From Nemertoderma westbladi (lineage: Eukaryota > Animalia > Xenacoelomorpha), in assembly GCA_032718475.1 (NCBI GenBank), contig JAUCBJ010009057.1:86436-150435 (forward strand): a DNA stretch of 64,000 nt, read 5' to 3'. The notes below the pieces were generated by a model, which saw only the letters and a program-made list of their open reading frames with translations, searched no databases and was not told the origin of the DNA. This document shows positions 48,482 to 60,315 of the stretch, piece after piece. Numbering within the stretch: the first letter of the stretch is position 1; each line of letters begins with the position of its first letter. The position numbers and the translations under genes are program-made.

Positions 48482-51400
48482 TTACGTTATGGAGTCCCTA
48501 GATATTTGTCGGATTAGGGAAGTGGTCGTGGGAAGAGTATCTTGCCTTCCATAGTTTCCGGACAGTTTTCGGTCTCTTTCCAGTAAACATAAACGACCAG
48601 CTGGGCGATTGAGTGGTTGTGTTACTTTCTCCGCTCCCTTGGCTTGTCTAATCTTAGCCGGGGTAAGATGAGGAGGCCATTCATCTTCTTTACTTAGGAA
48701 GTCGGGTCCACCTAACCACGCTGGAGTATCTATCAGTTCTTGAGGAGTTGCTCCTCTGGAGGCGATGTCGGCTAGATTGATCGTCTCGGGGCAATGTCTC
48801 CATTGATCTACATTGGAGTTGATGTCGTCATTATCTGAGGAGTATGGTGTTCCCTCAGTTGGGTCGTCAACTTCACTGCTCTCCACTTCCCGTTCACTTA
48901 ATTGATATACCTGTTCTTTTGGTAATCTTTCTATAAGAGTTCTACGAGAAGGGCCAGTAAAGTACCAACCTACTCTAGTTCTTCCCGCATAGACTTGTAG
49001 TGGTTGCGGTTGAGCAGGCCGTTTCTCCAATGTCTCGAGCGCTTCATGCGCATTTTGACCGATGAGTATTTGGACTCCAGGGTAATCGGTGTTGAATCTA
49101 GGTATTTCAAGCTGCTGGGTGAAATCGTCCTCATCCCAGTTATAAGGTTCCACTTGGCTGGTCGCGAAGTTCTTTATCGCTACCATTTTTACTGACCTTA
49201 TGCTGTGTTCTCCTAGTTCATCCTGGGGGGTGGACAACGCACCTACATAATAATCCGCGATTACTGTAGATTTCCAAACCTGCATAATTCCTGACATGTT
49301 TAGCTTAGTTCGGAACTTGGGTTGTCCAGCAAAGATGTCTTCGGCTAGTTCTTTGTCGATGAATGTTCCTGTACTACCGGAGTCAAGGAGGGCGTTCACT
49401 ACATAACTCCTTTTAGGTCCGTGGACCCTTACCTGTACTACAGGAAATTCTCGGATTCCTACATTGGAAGATGGCGCTTTCCAAGATGGTTGTCGATCAG
49501 AAGTAGTTAGAGTGAGGTCGCTGTCTGTATCTTTTTCATACGTGAGTGCTCGATACACTGCGGTATTTATTAAGTAACAGGATTCGTTTTCGTCTGAGAA
49601 TTCGTCCGTATAGAATCCTTCCATTTCAGAAATTTGGTCGGAGAATTCGTCCGTATAGAATCCTTCCATCTCAGAACTTTGGTCAGTGTCGTTCACATCA
49701 CTGAATTGGACATGTAGTTTGGACTCACTTACCTGACTCGGGCTGTTTCTTTCGAATTCGGTGTGCAACAAAATATGATGTTTCGCGCCGCACTTCGCAC
49801 ACCTTGCGTCGGAGTAACAGGTTCGCCGTTGGTGTCCTCGTCTGAGGCAATTATAACACAACCGCTTATCCCACATGACTTCACGTCTATCCTTTAATGA
49901 TTTCTTTAGGAATTTATCACACATATTCAAACGGTGGGGCCCGTCGCACAGCACACATTTTGGTTTGATGTTACTTACTTTAACATGTGCTGTGTGGTGC
50001 ACGCTCGTTCTTTCCTCGGGCTTTCTCACTTGAATTCTCTTAGGAGACGTAGGAGGAGTTTTTCTTACCTGTTCTCTCCTGTCATTGGTTCGAGACTTGA
50101 ATTTACTTACGTCCTTAGTCGCTTTGTTGTCATAGTAAGATCTTTCAGTGTCTTTCCCGCTATCCTCTCCTTGAGAAGTCTGGCTTTCGCCATCGTCTGT
50201 ATAACACACTGGTGTTACCTTTCTCCTAGAAACGGGTTTCTCACTTACCTTGTTTTCCAGTGTCTTCTCTCTGGACTGCCTTAGGAGCTGTAATTTCACT
50301 TCTCCATCTAAGAAGGACATGAGATCAGCCATGGTAGGGTCTCGTTGTTGTTGTTCCATCACATATAACACTTTCTTGTCCCAGCGTGTACCTACTCCAC
50401 CCTTTGGTAAAGTAGATGCTAAGGCTCCTACAACCATAGAGTTCTGGTATTCATGAGACTTACCTAACCAATCTAGCTGTCTACAGATCTCCTGAATCTC
50501 ATCGGAAAACTCTATAATCCCGCTGCTAAGAAACTTTCGGGGCGCCATTAATTTCGCATATAAATACCTAGCTATGTTAGTCCTATTACCATACCTGATG
50601 TTTAATGTATCCCAAACTTGTCTTAATCCATCTGGATGTCCAATAAATTTTAACGCCATTAACTTGGGAGGTCCTTCCAAGCATTCGATGAGGTATCTGA
50701 GTTTCTCTCCGTTAGATAGCACAGAATTCTGTATGTTATCTTTGTAATATTCATTAAAAGGTAACCATTTCATCTCATCTCCATTGAACTTGACGATCTC
50801 TCCCATCTTTACCGCTTGACAGGCTTCGGTTCTAGCCATTTGACGCGTAAAACTTTCTTGGGCCATCGTATTATTTAATATCGAGTTATCGGTATATAAA
50901 TTTCTCGGATTATTATCAAGTCTATATGGAATATCACTGTCAACAGGTTTATAATTACCCTTAATAGGGTTTACTATAGGAGTTTCTACTTCACTAGCAG
51001 TATAGATGCGTGTAGGCTCCACACCTTGCGCATGAAATACTTCAGACCTAATAGGTTGACACATTGTTACAGAGGGTGGTGGTATACCCTTTTGTAAATT
51101 TACTAACTTATCGCGTTCTGACGCGATACTCTGCTGCACTTCTTGCAATGCTAACCTACCCTCTTTTACTGCTCTCTTTAACTGCTCAACTGTCCCTTCC
51201 AACTCCCGGACCTGCTGGGAGGAACATTTACAATGTTCCCTCAGCTGCCCGAGCAGGAGACCCATCTCCCGTCGTCCCTCAGCTACCCACTCGACCGCCA
51301 AAGCGGGAGTCGCCAACGTAGTAGCGGGCAAGCGAGAGACGACGGGCGATAAATTCTGGATATCTCGCTCGGCGTCCAGGATGGGTTCGGACTCAGGAAC

Positions 51401-52891
51401 AGTCCTACTGGGCACAGGTAGTTTCGTGCTGTGTAAAGGGAATTTAGAGGTAGGTTCGGGGAGTACAGGTGTCTCTATCACCGAAAGGGTGGCTTCGAGA
51501 ACAGGCCTAATTATTTCAGGCTCATCTACTACAGTAGGGAGTCTTTCTACTGTAATAATTTGGTCTGTGGGTTCTGTACTACCTAAGTCTGTGCTAGCTA
51601 GTTGCCTTCTCCCAGCTGGGGGCAGATTAGGCAATTTCTGACAGTGAGGCATTCTTCTACGTCTGCTTAGGCGAGATCGATTTCCTCCGCCTTCAGGATC
51701 GGTGGTATCGCCTTCCTCAGATGATGTATAACCTTGTCTTTTGGGAGTAGATCGATTCATCATCTGCATATTACTAGCTGTTAACTGTTTATTAAAGTTA
51801 TCTTGCCTCTCTTGAAGATTTTCCAACTCTAGTTGGGCGATCTCTTCAGCCGCTCTCCGTTCTGCTTCTGCCACCGCTATCTTTCTTTCCGCTTCTGCCG
51901 CTGCTGCCGCTTTTGCCTCTGCCGCTGCCGCTTTTGCCTCTGCCGCTGCTTCTGCCGCCTTTCTTTCTGCTTCTGCTTCTGCTGCTGCCGCTGCTGCTAT
52001 CTTTCTGTCTTCTATACGTTTTTTCTTTACTTGTTCTTCTTGGACTCTAGCGATGCGGAGTTGTTCATCAAATTTAGCTTCGTTCGCAGCTAACCTATCC
52101 ACATCGATGGCGTCCAACACACGCTGGGCTCCTTCACTATTAGGGCTAAGTCCCTCTAGTCTTCTCCTCAACTCTTCATCTCCTACAAAACGTTGATAGT
52201 CCGACAGATAGATGTCAATAGCATCCCTCTTATGCGGTTTCTCTGCTGTCGCTTCACTTTCCACTTGGGAAAATGTAGCGTCTGTTGATTCTCCATGGGT
52301 TGAGCGCTCATCTAGTTGGGCTTTCCACTGAGCCGTTCCTTGAACCTGGAGACTCACCTTTTGAAACCAAGTCTTTACAGCAACTTGCAACGACGTGTCT
52401 TGTCTTCTTTTAGAAGCCTCCTCAAAGGCTGATAAGATTAGCCTGATTCGTAGAATTCTTTCTCTAACTTGATAAAGCAGTTGTCCCTGTTCTTGAGGTC
52501 CTTGGGGTTGTTGAAACAGTTGTTTTTCTACTCGCTCCATAGAGCTGAAGAATCCCTGTGCGTATCCGGCTGCGGACCTCTTCCACACAGCTGGATCGGT
52601 GGTCTCCTTGGCTACTCCCATCCGGTGTATGTCTTCCCAGGCAGCTTCTGATAAATCAAACGGGAGTCCGGGTCCGGGGAAGTTCCATTGCGACTCGACC
52701 ATAGACCTGAAGTCTATGGGTCTATGGTCTTCCCTTGTGTATCCCTCATAACTATCTTTAGTTGATCGCTTACTTCTCGCCCAATCGATCTGGTGTTCTT
52801 CCACCGCGATCAATAACCTAGTGAGTACGGCTGCAGGAAGGATGAGAAGGGGATCCGAACTATCTGACAGTGCCCGTTTTGTGTCAGACAT
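48482..52891 (-). CDS. gag: A2 Gag-protease (1469 aa) fused in frame to short RNase H-end and integrase-end remnants
   Basis: IVKFNGD..W..F; BEL triple knuckle CVLCDGPHRLNMC, CYNCLRRGHQRRTC, CAKCGAKHHILLH; LLDSGS; RTRVGWYFTGP; then WRHCPETINLADIASRG..WLGGPDFL and RPAGRLCLLE; no YVDD. Confidence 0.92.
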   Translation of the reverse strand: MSDTKRALSDSSDPLLILPAAVLTRLLIAVEEHQIDWARSKRSTKDSYEGYTREDHRPIDFRSMVESQWNFPGPGLPFDLSEAAWEDIHRMGVAKETTDPAVWKRSAAGYAQGFFSSMERVEKQLFQQPQGPQEQGQLLYQVRERILRIRLILSAFEEASKRRQDTSLQVAVKTWFQKVSLQVQGTAQWKAQLDERSTHGESTDATFSQVESEATAEKPHKRDAIDIYLSDYQRFVGDEELRRRLEGLSPNSEGAQRVLDAIDVDRLAANEAKFDEQLRIARVQEEQVKKKRIEDRKIAAAAAAEAEAERKAAEAAAEAKAAAAEAKAAAAAEAERKIAVAEAERRAAEEIAQLELENLQERQDNFNKQLTASNMQMMNRSTPKRQGYTSSEEGDTTDPEGGGNRSRLSRRRRMPHCQKLPNLPPAGRRQLASTDLGSTEPTDQIITVERLPTVVDEPEIIRPVLEATLSVIETPVLPEPTSKFPLHSTKLPVPSRTVPESEPILDAERDIQNLSPVVSRLPATTLATPALAVEWVAEGRREMGLLLGQLREHCKCSSQQVRELEGTVEQLKRAVKEGRLALQEVQQSIASERDKLVNLQKGIPPPSVTMCQPIRSEVFHAQGVEPTRIYTASEVETPIVNPIKGNYKPVDSDIPYRLDNNPRNLYTDNSILNNTMAQESFTRQMARTEACQAVKMGEIVKFNGDEMKWLPFNEYYKDNIQNSVLSNGEKLRYLIECLEGPPKLMALKFIGHPDGLRQVWDTLNIRYGNRTNIARYLYAKLMAPRKFLSSGIIEFSDEIQEICRQLDWLGKSHEYQNSMVVGALASTLPKGGVGTRWDKKVLYVMEQQQRDPTMADLMSFLDGEVKLQLLRQSREKTLENKVSEKPVSRRKVTPVCYTDDGESQTSQGEDSGKDTERSYYDNKATKDVSKFKSRTNDRREQVRKTPPTSPKRIQVRKPEERTSVHHTAHVKVSNIKPKCVLCDGPHRLNMCDKFLKKSLKDRREVMWDKRLCYNCLRRGHQRRTCYSDARCAKCGAKHHILLHTEFERNSPSQVSESKLHVQFSDVNDTDQSSEMEGFYTDEFSDQISEMEGFYTDEFSDENESCYLINTAVYRALTYEKDTDSDLTLTTSDRQPSWKAPSSNVGIREFPVVQVRVHGPKRSYVVNALLDSGSTGTFIDKELAEDIFAGQPKFRTKLNMSGIMQVWKSTVIADYYVGALSTPQDELGEHSIRSVKMVAIKNFATSQVEPYNWDEDDFTQQLEIPRFNTDYPGVQILIGQNAHEALETLEKRPAQPQPLQVYAGRTRVGWYFTGPSRRTLIERLPKEQVYQLSEREVESSEVDDPTEGTPYSSDNDDINSNVDQWRHCPETINLADIASRGATPQELIDTPAWLGGPDFLSKEDEWPPHLTPAKIRQAKGAEKVTQPLNRPAGRLCLLERDRKLSGNYGRQDTLPTTTSLIRQISRDSIT

Positions 52892-55055
52892 GTTTGATTG
52901 TACAGTTGAATGCCTACTGCTATATTACAGTCAAAGCAAGTCTAGTAATTCAGTATCACTGTTAGCCTAGTACTGGTAATTAATTACAATATATTAGAAT
53001 ACCGGTATACACTTATAGTATATATAAGTATTGTAAACTAGGTTTGTCACAGAGTACCAGTATATAATTTTAGCACAAATATATATAAATATATAATAGG
53101 CCTATCGTGAATACCGGTATACAGCTTACACTGATAGTATATATAAGTATAATTATGGACTAGAATTAATTACAGAGTACCGGTATGATTTCAGCTCAAA
53201 TTTATAGAAATAAATATAATAAGCCTATGGTAAATACTGGTATGTCAATTATTTTAGAATAATTGAATTTCTGAATATTTTAGGGTTACTTGGTTACTTT
53301 AACTTACTTTATTACCGTTATTTAAGCAGTAGTCCAACTGATATTGAGACCTAGTTGTTGTATGGCAGGCCTACTATTTATAAATCGTTTGAGTTGATTT
53401 ATAATATTTATATCCCGTTTAAAATGGGTTTTGTAAATATTTGAAATAAATGTTATTATTTCTGGGGGGAGTCACTACACAGAAGCTGTGCGCTCTCAGT
53501 GAAGTGCTATTTATTGGACACTAAAAACTGATAATTCTAATTTACCTAAGTTACTTATTACTACAAATTACGTACAATCTGGGTGAGATTACAATCTCTA
53601 AATAAACACAAAAATTACAAATACACAAATACGAATTTTTAGGGTAATTTGAGAGGGAATCTACAAACCAGCCTAACAAAGGGTTAGAATATCTGGTTAT
53701 TACGACGGACAGGTTACTACGGTATTTGAAAATAATAAGTAGTAGTAAATATACTGCGTTGTCCAGATAGGAAAATACCACCGCCTGACGACCTATAACC
53801 GTATCGCTATAGGTACTACGTTATGTATCACGGAGTGTTCCTACCTAGAGATTAATTACCGCGGTCTACCAGAACCAACGTGCCTATTAACCACTTTACA
53901 ACACAAATATACTGCCTACACACTAATTGCTTTCGGAAAGCACTGTACACTAAACCCTAAATTAGGTACAAGTACTTGTACAACAAATAATCAGTAGTTA
54001 AAAATACTTGAACAGCTAAAAGAACCACGGTATCTGCCGGAGTGACCAAAGCACAAAATCTCCAGTCTTTACCTACGCCGAGCAGCCCTGATGTAGTACC
54101 GGGGTTAGTTTAACTATAACGGTATGTATAACAAACACAATTACTGCAGGAATAAACTTGGGGATATGAATGTTGCGAATAATCGCATAAACTCTGAATA
54201 ATAAATATTACGCTACGCATACAAACTACTCAAACAAAATGCAGACCAAATACTGACAGACTACTATCAAGCCTAAACAAACTACGGTATATGCAGACTC
54301 CGAAATGATTAGTTAGTATGCGTTCTAACCTAGTAGTACGACTTATTCCTTCACAGGGGGTTTACCTCACAGCACTTGAAGCCCCTACGTTCCCAACACT
54401 TTATCGGACAGATGCTCTACACACACCGAAATTTCCTCAAACCCAACAACAGTCAGACAACTATCCAGCCTACAAATTATCTAAATAAAATTATACGCTA
54501 CCCGTACAGACTACACAAACAAAGTACAGACCAAACGCTGGCAGACTACTATTAAGCCTAAATAAACTACAGGACATGCAGACTCCGAAATGGTTAGTTA
54601 GTATGCGTTCTAACCTAGTAGTACGACTTATTCTTTCGGTGGGGGATTTACCTTACAGCTCTGGCTGCCCCTACATTTCTAACCGGCACTTTATCGGACA
54701 TACACTCTACATGCACTGCAATCTGTTCAGACCTATCAACAGTCAGACAACAGTCCAGCCTACAAATTATCTGTACAATCTGAGCAGGTTTACACGTCTT
54801 CTGCTCAATATTAGTCTACTAGTAAATAAAACTGACAGAAATAAGTAAACCATACAAAGGAATAAGGGGTGATCAATCCCTAATCCCCTAGCAGCCTACA
54901 ATATACAATATATCACAATTGAAATAATACTGCTGTACCTGTACTGTAAGTAAGTACCGGTCCGGATGATCAGGCAGTCAGGCCTACTGGTTACCGGTCG
55001 ACCGGTACTATCAACTTGATTGCTTACGCCGCAATCAAGAAGCTATAACTGTTAC

Positions 55056-56255
55056 TGTTCGCGCTTTTAAGACCTTTGGCAGTTTAACCCGCCAAATCTA
55101 TATGTCTTCTAGGTTATAAATCGACTTTAGCCTATGACAAGTATTTGACACAAATAAATCCAACATTAGCCGAAGCCAGTCTATGCGCGACCATTCACCC
55201 GCTGGATATACCCGGGAGACTGGATTCGGATGCTTTAATTTGATTGCGGTGCAGGCCTACCGTACTATTCGATTGATCGTTAATATATAATCTCTGACAA
55301 ATATTATTCACTTTCGGGAAATATTAGCAGTTCCTTTAGGACGTGGCGCTCTATCTATATAAACAGAGCTATGGCTTACACTAAACACAACGAATGGATT
55401 ATAAGTTACACATAAGGCGCATTCTTTAGGAGATGCTTTGTTACGCGGACAAGCACATACAGACTATTGCACACCGCTGCACACTGAATTGCCGATAGTC
55501 ACTGATTTTAATCATATATAAAGAGAATAGCAACCGGCATTTGTAGAGCCTATAAAATAGCATTCAATTCACTACACACTACAAACCACGATAATATAAG
55601 CCGCAATTGCTATATGTAGCCAGTCTCTCTAACCTTAGTGTATCAAGAAGATCGGGGTTTCTGATCGTTTATAGTTATTCTCCAAATAACAATATGCAAA
55701 CGAATGATACATTTAATAACAAACAGCAAATAGCAGTAAATAATGTGCAATACAGCAGCAGGTACCGTACCGGTCCTCACGCTGTCCAGTGCTGGTCATG
55801 TACCGGTAACAGTTATGTGATCTTATAATTAAAGACGTTCTAATGTTGGAATAATTCAGAATAATTCCATGGCCGATGTTCATGGCATCAGGAAAACCAA
55901 CACACTGAACCCTGTGAGCTGCTGCAGGTAGATTTCAACACAGAAAGGAAAAGCTCTCATTGGCAGAGTTCCATATTCCACAGGTTCCAAATCGTCTAAA
56001 ATGCCAAACCACCCTAGCCTTTGCAGCCAATTACATTGATTTAGCCAACATAAGGCTGAATCGCTCTGCTTGGTTGACCTTGCTCTGGTTGGTTGATCGA
56101 ACCCAACAAAGAGGCCGTCGCTAGGCAAATCAGCCAATCAGCCGGTAGCTTTCATCCTTTGAGTTAGGGAGTTTTTCTTTAGAGTATTTGAGCGCATTAA
56201 GGGAAACTGGATTGCGAAGCAAAAGGGCCAGTTATATCCCGCAAAAGCTTTTACA
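55056..56255 (-). repeat. 5' LTR of A2 (1200 bp)
   Basis: Direct repeat of 30595-31794; TSD ATGTA follows. Confidence 0.95.
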
Positions 56256-56930
56256 ATGTAAGTACCGCAAGTATTGGTGTACCATGTAAGTACCGCAAGC
56301 ATTGGTGTACCATGTAAGTACTGCAAGTGTTGGTGTATCATGTAAGTACCGCAAGTGAGTACATCAAGTATTGGTGTACCATGTAAGTACCGCAAGTGTT
56401 GGTGTATCATGTAAGTACCGCAAGTGAGTACATCAAGTATTGGTGTACCATGTAAGTACCGCAAGTATTGGTGTATCATGTAAGTACCGCAACTATTGGT
56501 GTATCATGTAAGTACCGCAAGTATTGGTGTACCATGTAAGTACCGCAAGCATTGGTGTACCATGTAAGTACCGCAAGTGTTGGTGTATCATGTAAGTACC
56601 GCAAGTGAGTACCTCAAGTATTGGTGTATCATGTAAGTACCGCAAGTATTGGTGTATCATGTAAGTACCGCAAGTGAGTACCTCAAGTATTGGTGTATCA
56701 TGTAAGTACCGCAAGTATTGGTGTATCATGTAAGTACCGCAAGTATTGGTGTATCATGTAAGTACCGCAAGTGAGTACCTCAAGTATTGGTGTATCATGT
56801 AAGTACCGCAAGTATTGGTGTATCATGTAAGTAACGCAAGTATTGGTGTATCATGTAAGTACCGCAAGTATTGGTGTACCATGTAAGTACCGCAAGTGTT
56901 GGTGTACCATGTAAGTACCGCAAGTGTTGG
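56256..56930. repeat. 28-bp satellite remnant between A2 and A3
   Basis: Same unit and orientation as 3412-30594, in phase across the TSD. Confidence 0.97.
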
Positions 56931-58122
56931 TGTAAAAGCTTTTGTGGGATGACTGATACGTTTGCCTTTGCTGGCCAGTTCCCCCCCGGTCGCTAGAATA
57001 CTCTCAAAGGGATTTATAACTAAAATAGTGCAAGCTACCAGCTTATTGGCTGATGTGCTGTACGGAGATATCTGGGCTCAGTTTAATCGGCCAACTAGCT
57101 TAGAGAGGTTGCCTCTGCCCTGCTGTCCGTGTCGGCCAATAGAATTTGAGTGGGCGTTGATTTCGACCTATCCCAGAGCTACTGAACTGAATTTCCTATC
57201 TCTATGCTCATCCTCTGTGTTGAACGGGAGCTTCGTGGAATAAGGGTAGTTGGTATACTCGTATAGTCATTCTAGTCATATGATTCTTCATATGATTCTG
57301 TTGTTATGTTCCCATTTTTCGCCATAACACCGGCTTTTGGGAATAACTCCAGTAAAACTGCTTAAATTATCGAAAGTATAACTGTTACCTTAACTAATCA
57401 ATCTTAACTTACTTAACTCACTATTAATCATATTGTTTGTACTGTTATTTACCGTCAGTTATTAATTGTATCTATTTGTTGATGGAAACATTGCTCTTTG
57501 GATAATACGGATAAATCACCCAAATTTCCCAATTTTCTTGATACACTACAGGTTAGAGAGACAGGCTATACATAACAATTGCGATTTATATTAATGTGGT
57601 GTGTATTGAATCTAATGTTATTTAGCAGACCCTACATGAGTCAATTGCTGCTCTCTTTATGTGTGATCAAATTTACTGACGGTCGGCAGAATAGTGTGCA
57701 TGATTGTGATTGGTAACAAAGTATTTCCTAAAGAATACGCCTTATACTTTAATCATAAGCGGTATCGTTGCGTTTAGTATAAGTCCTAGTTCTGTTTAAA
57801 TAGATAGAGCGCCACGTCCTAAAGGAACTGTTAATATTTCCCGAAAGCCAATAATATCTGTCAGAAATTAATTATTAACGATCTATCGAATAATACAGTA
57901 AGTTTACACTGCAACCTTACACTGCAATAATAAAATTTAAGCAGCCGAATTCAGCCTCCCGGGTGTAGATCCATCGGGTGAATGATCGCGCATGGGCTGA
58001 CTTCGGGTAATGTTTTGTGTATTAGCATAAAATATTGTCGTATGCTAAAGGTGTTTTAATTAACTAAAAGACATATAAATTTTGGCAGGTTAAACTGCTA
58101 AAGGTCTTCAAAAGCGCGAACA
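56931..58122 (+). repeat. 5' LTR of A3 (1192 bp)
   Basis: TGTAAAAGCTTTTG...AAAGCGCGAACA, same termini as the A1 and A2 LTRs. Confidence 0.9.
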
Positions 58123-58419
58123 GTAACAGTTAACGATCTTATTGCAGTAGGCAATAAGGTTGCAAAATACCGTAGTGACCGGTAAACCTGAACCGGTACT
58201 TCTGTAGGTCTGTAGGCCCAACTGTCCTAACCGGTACTGCTGTATAAGTACATTAGTATTATTCGATCTTGATTATTGTATACCGGTAGGTCTCGATATT
58301 AAATCGGGGATGCCTGGTTTTTATTGGGATTTTACTTAGGTCTATTTCTGTCAGTTTTATTTACTATTAGGCTAATATTGAGCAGAAGGCGTGTGACCCT
58401 GCTCAGATTGTTCAGATAA

Positions 58420-58980
58420 TTGTAGGCTGAGCTGCTGTCTGACTGTTGTTGAGTTTGGAGAGATTACGGCGTGTGTAGAGTTTGTCTGATCAAGTGCCGT
58501 TAGTAAGTTGGGGCAGCCATATGCTGTAAGGTCAATCCCCTCTTAAAGAATAAGTCGTACTACCGTGTTAGAACGCATACTAACTAACAGTTTCAGAATC
58601 TGCATATACTGTAGTTTATTTAGGCTTGATCGTGGTCTGCCGGCATTTTTGGCCTGTGTTTGTTTGTGTAGTCTGTTCAGGTACCGTAATAGTTATTACC
58701 CAAATATTTTGTAGGCTGGATTGTTGTCTAGCTATTCTTAGGCCTGAAGGGATTGCTGCGTGTGTAGAGTTTGTCTGATCAAGTGCCGTTAGTAAGTTGG
58801 GGCAGCCATATGCTGTAAGGTCAATCCCCTCTTAAAGAGTAAGTCGTACTACCGTGTTAGAACGCATACTAACTAACAGTTTCAGAATCTGCACATACTG
58901 TAGTTTGTTTAGGCTTGATAGTAGTCTGCCAGCGTTTGGTTTGTATTTTGTTTGAGTATTCTGTACGGGTAGCGTAATAT
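58420..58980 (+). repeat. ~289-bp tandem duplication in the family A leader (also about 54210-54780 in A2)
   Basis: GCGTGTGTAGAGTTTGTCTGATCAAGTGCC... at 58469 and 58758. Confidence 0.85.
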
Positions 58981-60315
58981 TTATTATTCAGAGTTTATGC
59001 GATTATTCGCAACATTCATGTCCCCAAGTTTATCCCTACAGTAATTGTGCTTGTTATACATACCGTTATAGTTAAATTAACCCCGGTACTACACGGGCTG
59101 CTTGGCGTAGGACAAGACTGGTGACTTTGTGCTCTGGTCACTCCAGCAGATGCCGTGGTTCTTTTAACTGTTCAAGTATATTTAACTACTGATTATTTGT
59201 TATACCGGTACTTGTACCTAATTTAGGGTTTAGTGTACAGTGCTTTCCGAAGTAATTAGTGTGTAGGCAGTATATTTGTGTTGTAAAGTGGTTGATAGGC
59301 ACATTCGTTAGCTCTATTAGCTTCTGGGTAGGAACAATCCGTGATACATAACGTAGTACCTGTAGCGATACGGTTATAGGTCGTCAGGCGGTGGTATTTT
59401 TCCTATCTGGACAACGCAGTATATTTACTACTACTTATTATTTAAATACCGTAGTACCCTGTCCGTTGTAATAACCAGAATTCTAACCCTTTGTTAGGCT
59501 GGTTTGTAGATTTCCTGTAAAATTACCCTAAAAATTTCGTACGTAATATTTTTGTTGTGTTTTAATTAGAGAATTAATCTCACCCATATCGTAAGTAATT
59601 TGTAGTATTAAGTAACTTAGGTAAATTAGAATTATCAGTTTTAGTGTCTCAATAAGTAACACTGCACTGAGAGCGCACAGCTTCTGTGTAGTGACTTCCC
59701 CAGAAATAATAACATTTATTTCAAATATTGAACAAAAACCCATTTAAACGGGTATATATCTATTATAAATCAACTCAAACGATTTATAAATAGTAGGCCT
59801 GCCATACAACAACTAGGTCTCAATATCAGTTGGACTACTGCTTAAATAACGGTAATAAAGTAAGTTAAAGTAACCAAGTAACCCTAAAATATTCAGAAAT
59901 TCAATTATTCTAAAAATAATTGACATACCGGTACTTACCATAGGCTTATTATATTTATTTCTATAAATTTGAGCTGAAATCATACCGGTACTCTGTAATT
60001 AATTCTAGTTCATAATTATACTTATATATACTACGGTACTATAAGTGTAAACTGTATACCGGTATTTACGATAGGCCTATTATATATTTATATATATTTG
60101 TGCTAAAATTATATACCGGTACTCTGTGACAAATCTAGTCTGTAATAATACTTATATATATTATAAGCATACCGGTATTCTAATATATTGTATATATATC
60201 ACGTTACACTGAGTAACGGTACCGGTAATAAATCGCTAGGCTTGCGGTCATACTGAATTACCAGACTTGCTTTAACTGAAACTATAGTAGTAGACATTCA
60301 ACTGTATAGCTAAAC

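Larger units (their letters stand above)
30595..56255 (-). mobile_element. BEL/Pao family A copy A2, non-autonomous (RT/RNase H/integrase deleted), containing nested element B
   Basis: Two near-identical 1200-bp LTRs; 5-bp TSD ATGTA at 30590-30594 and 56256-56260 within satellite; gag-protease ORF 48482-52891. Confidence 0.93.
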
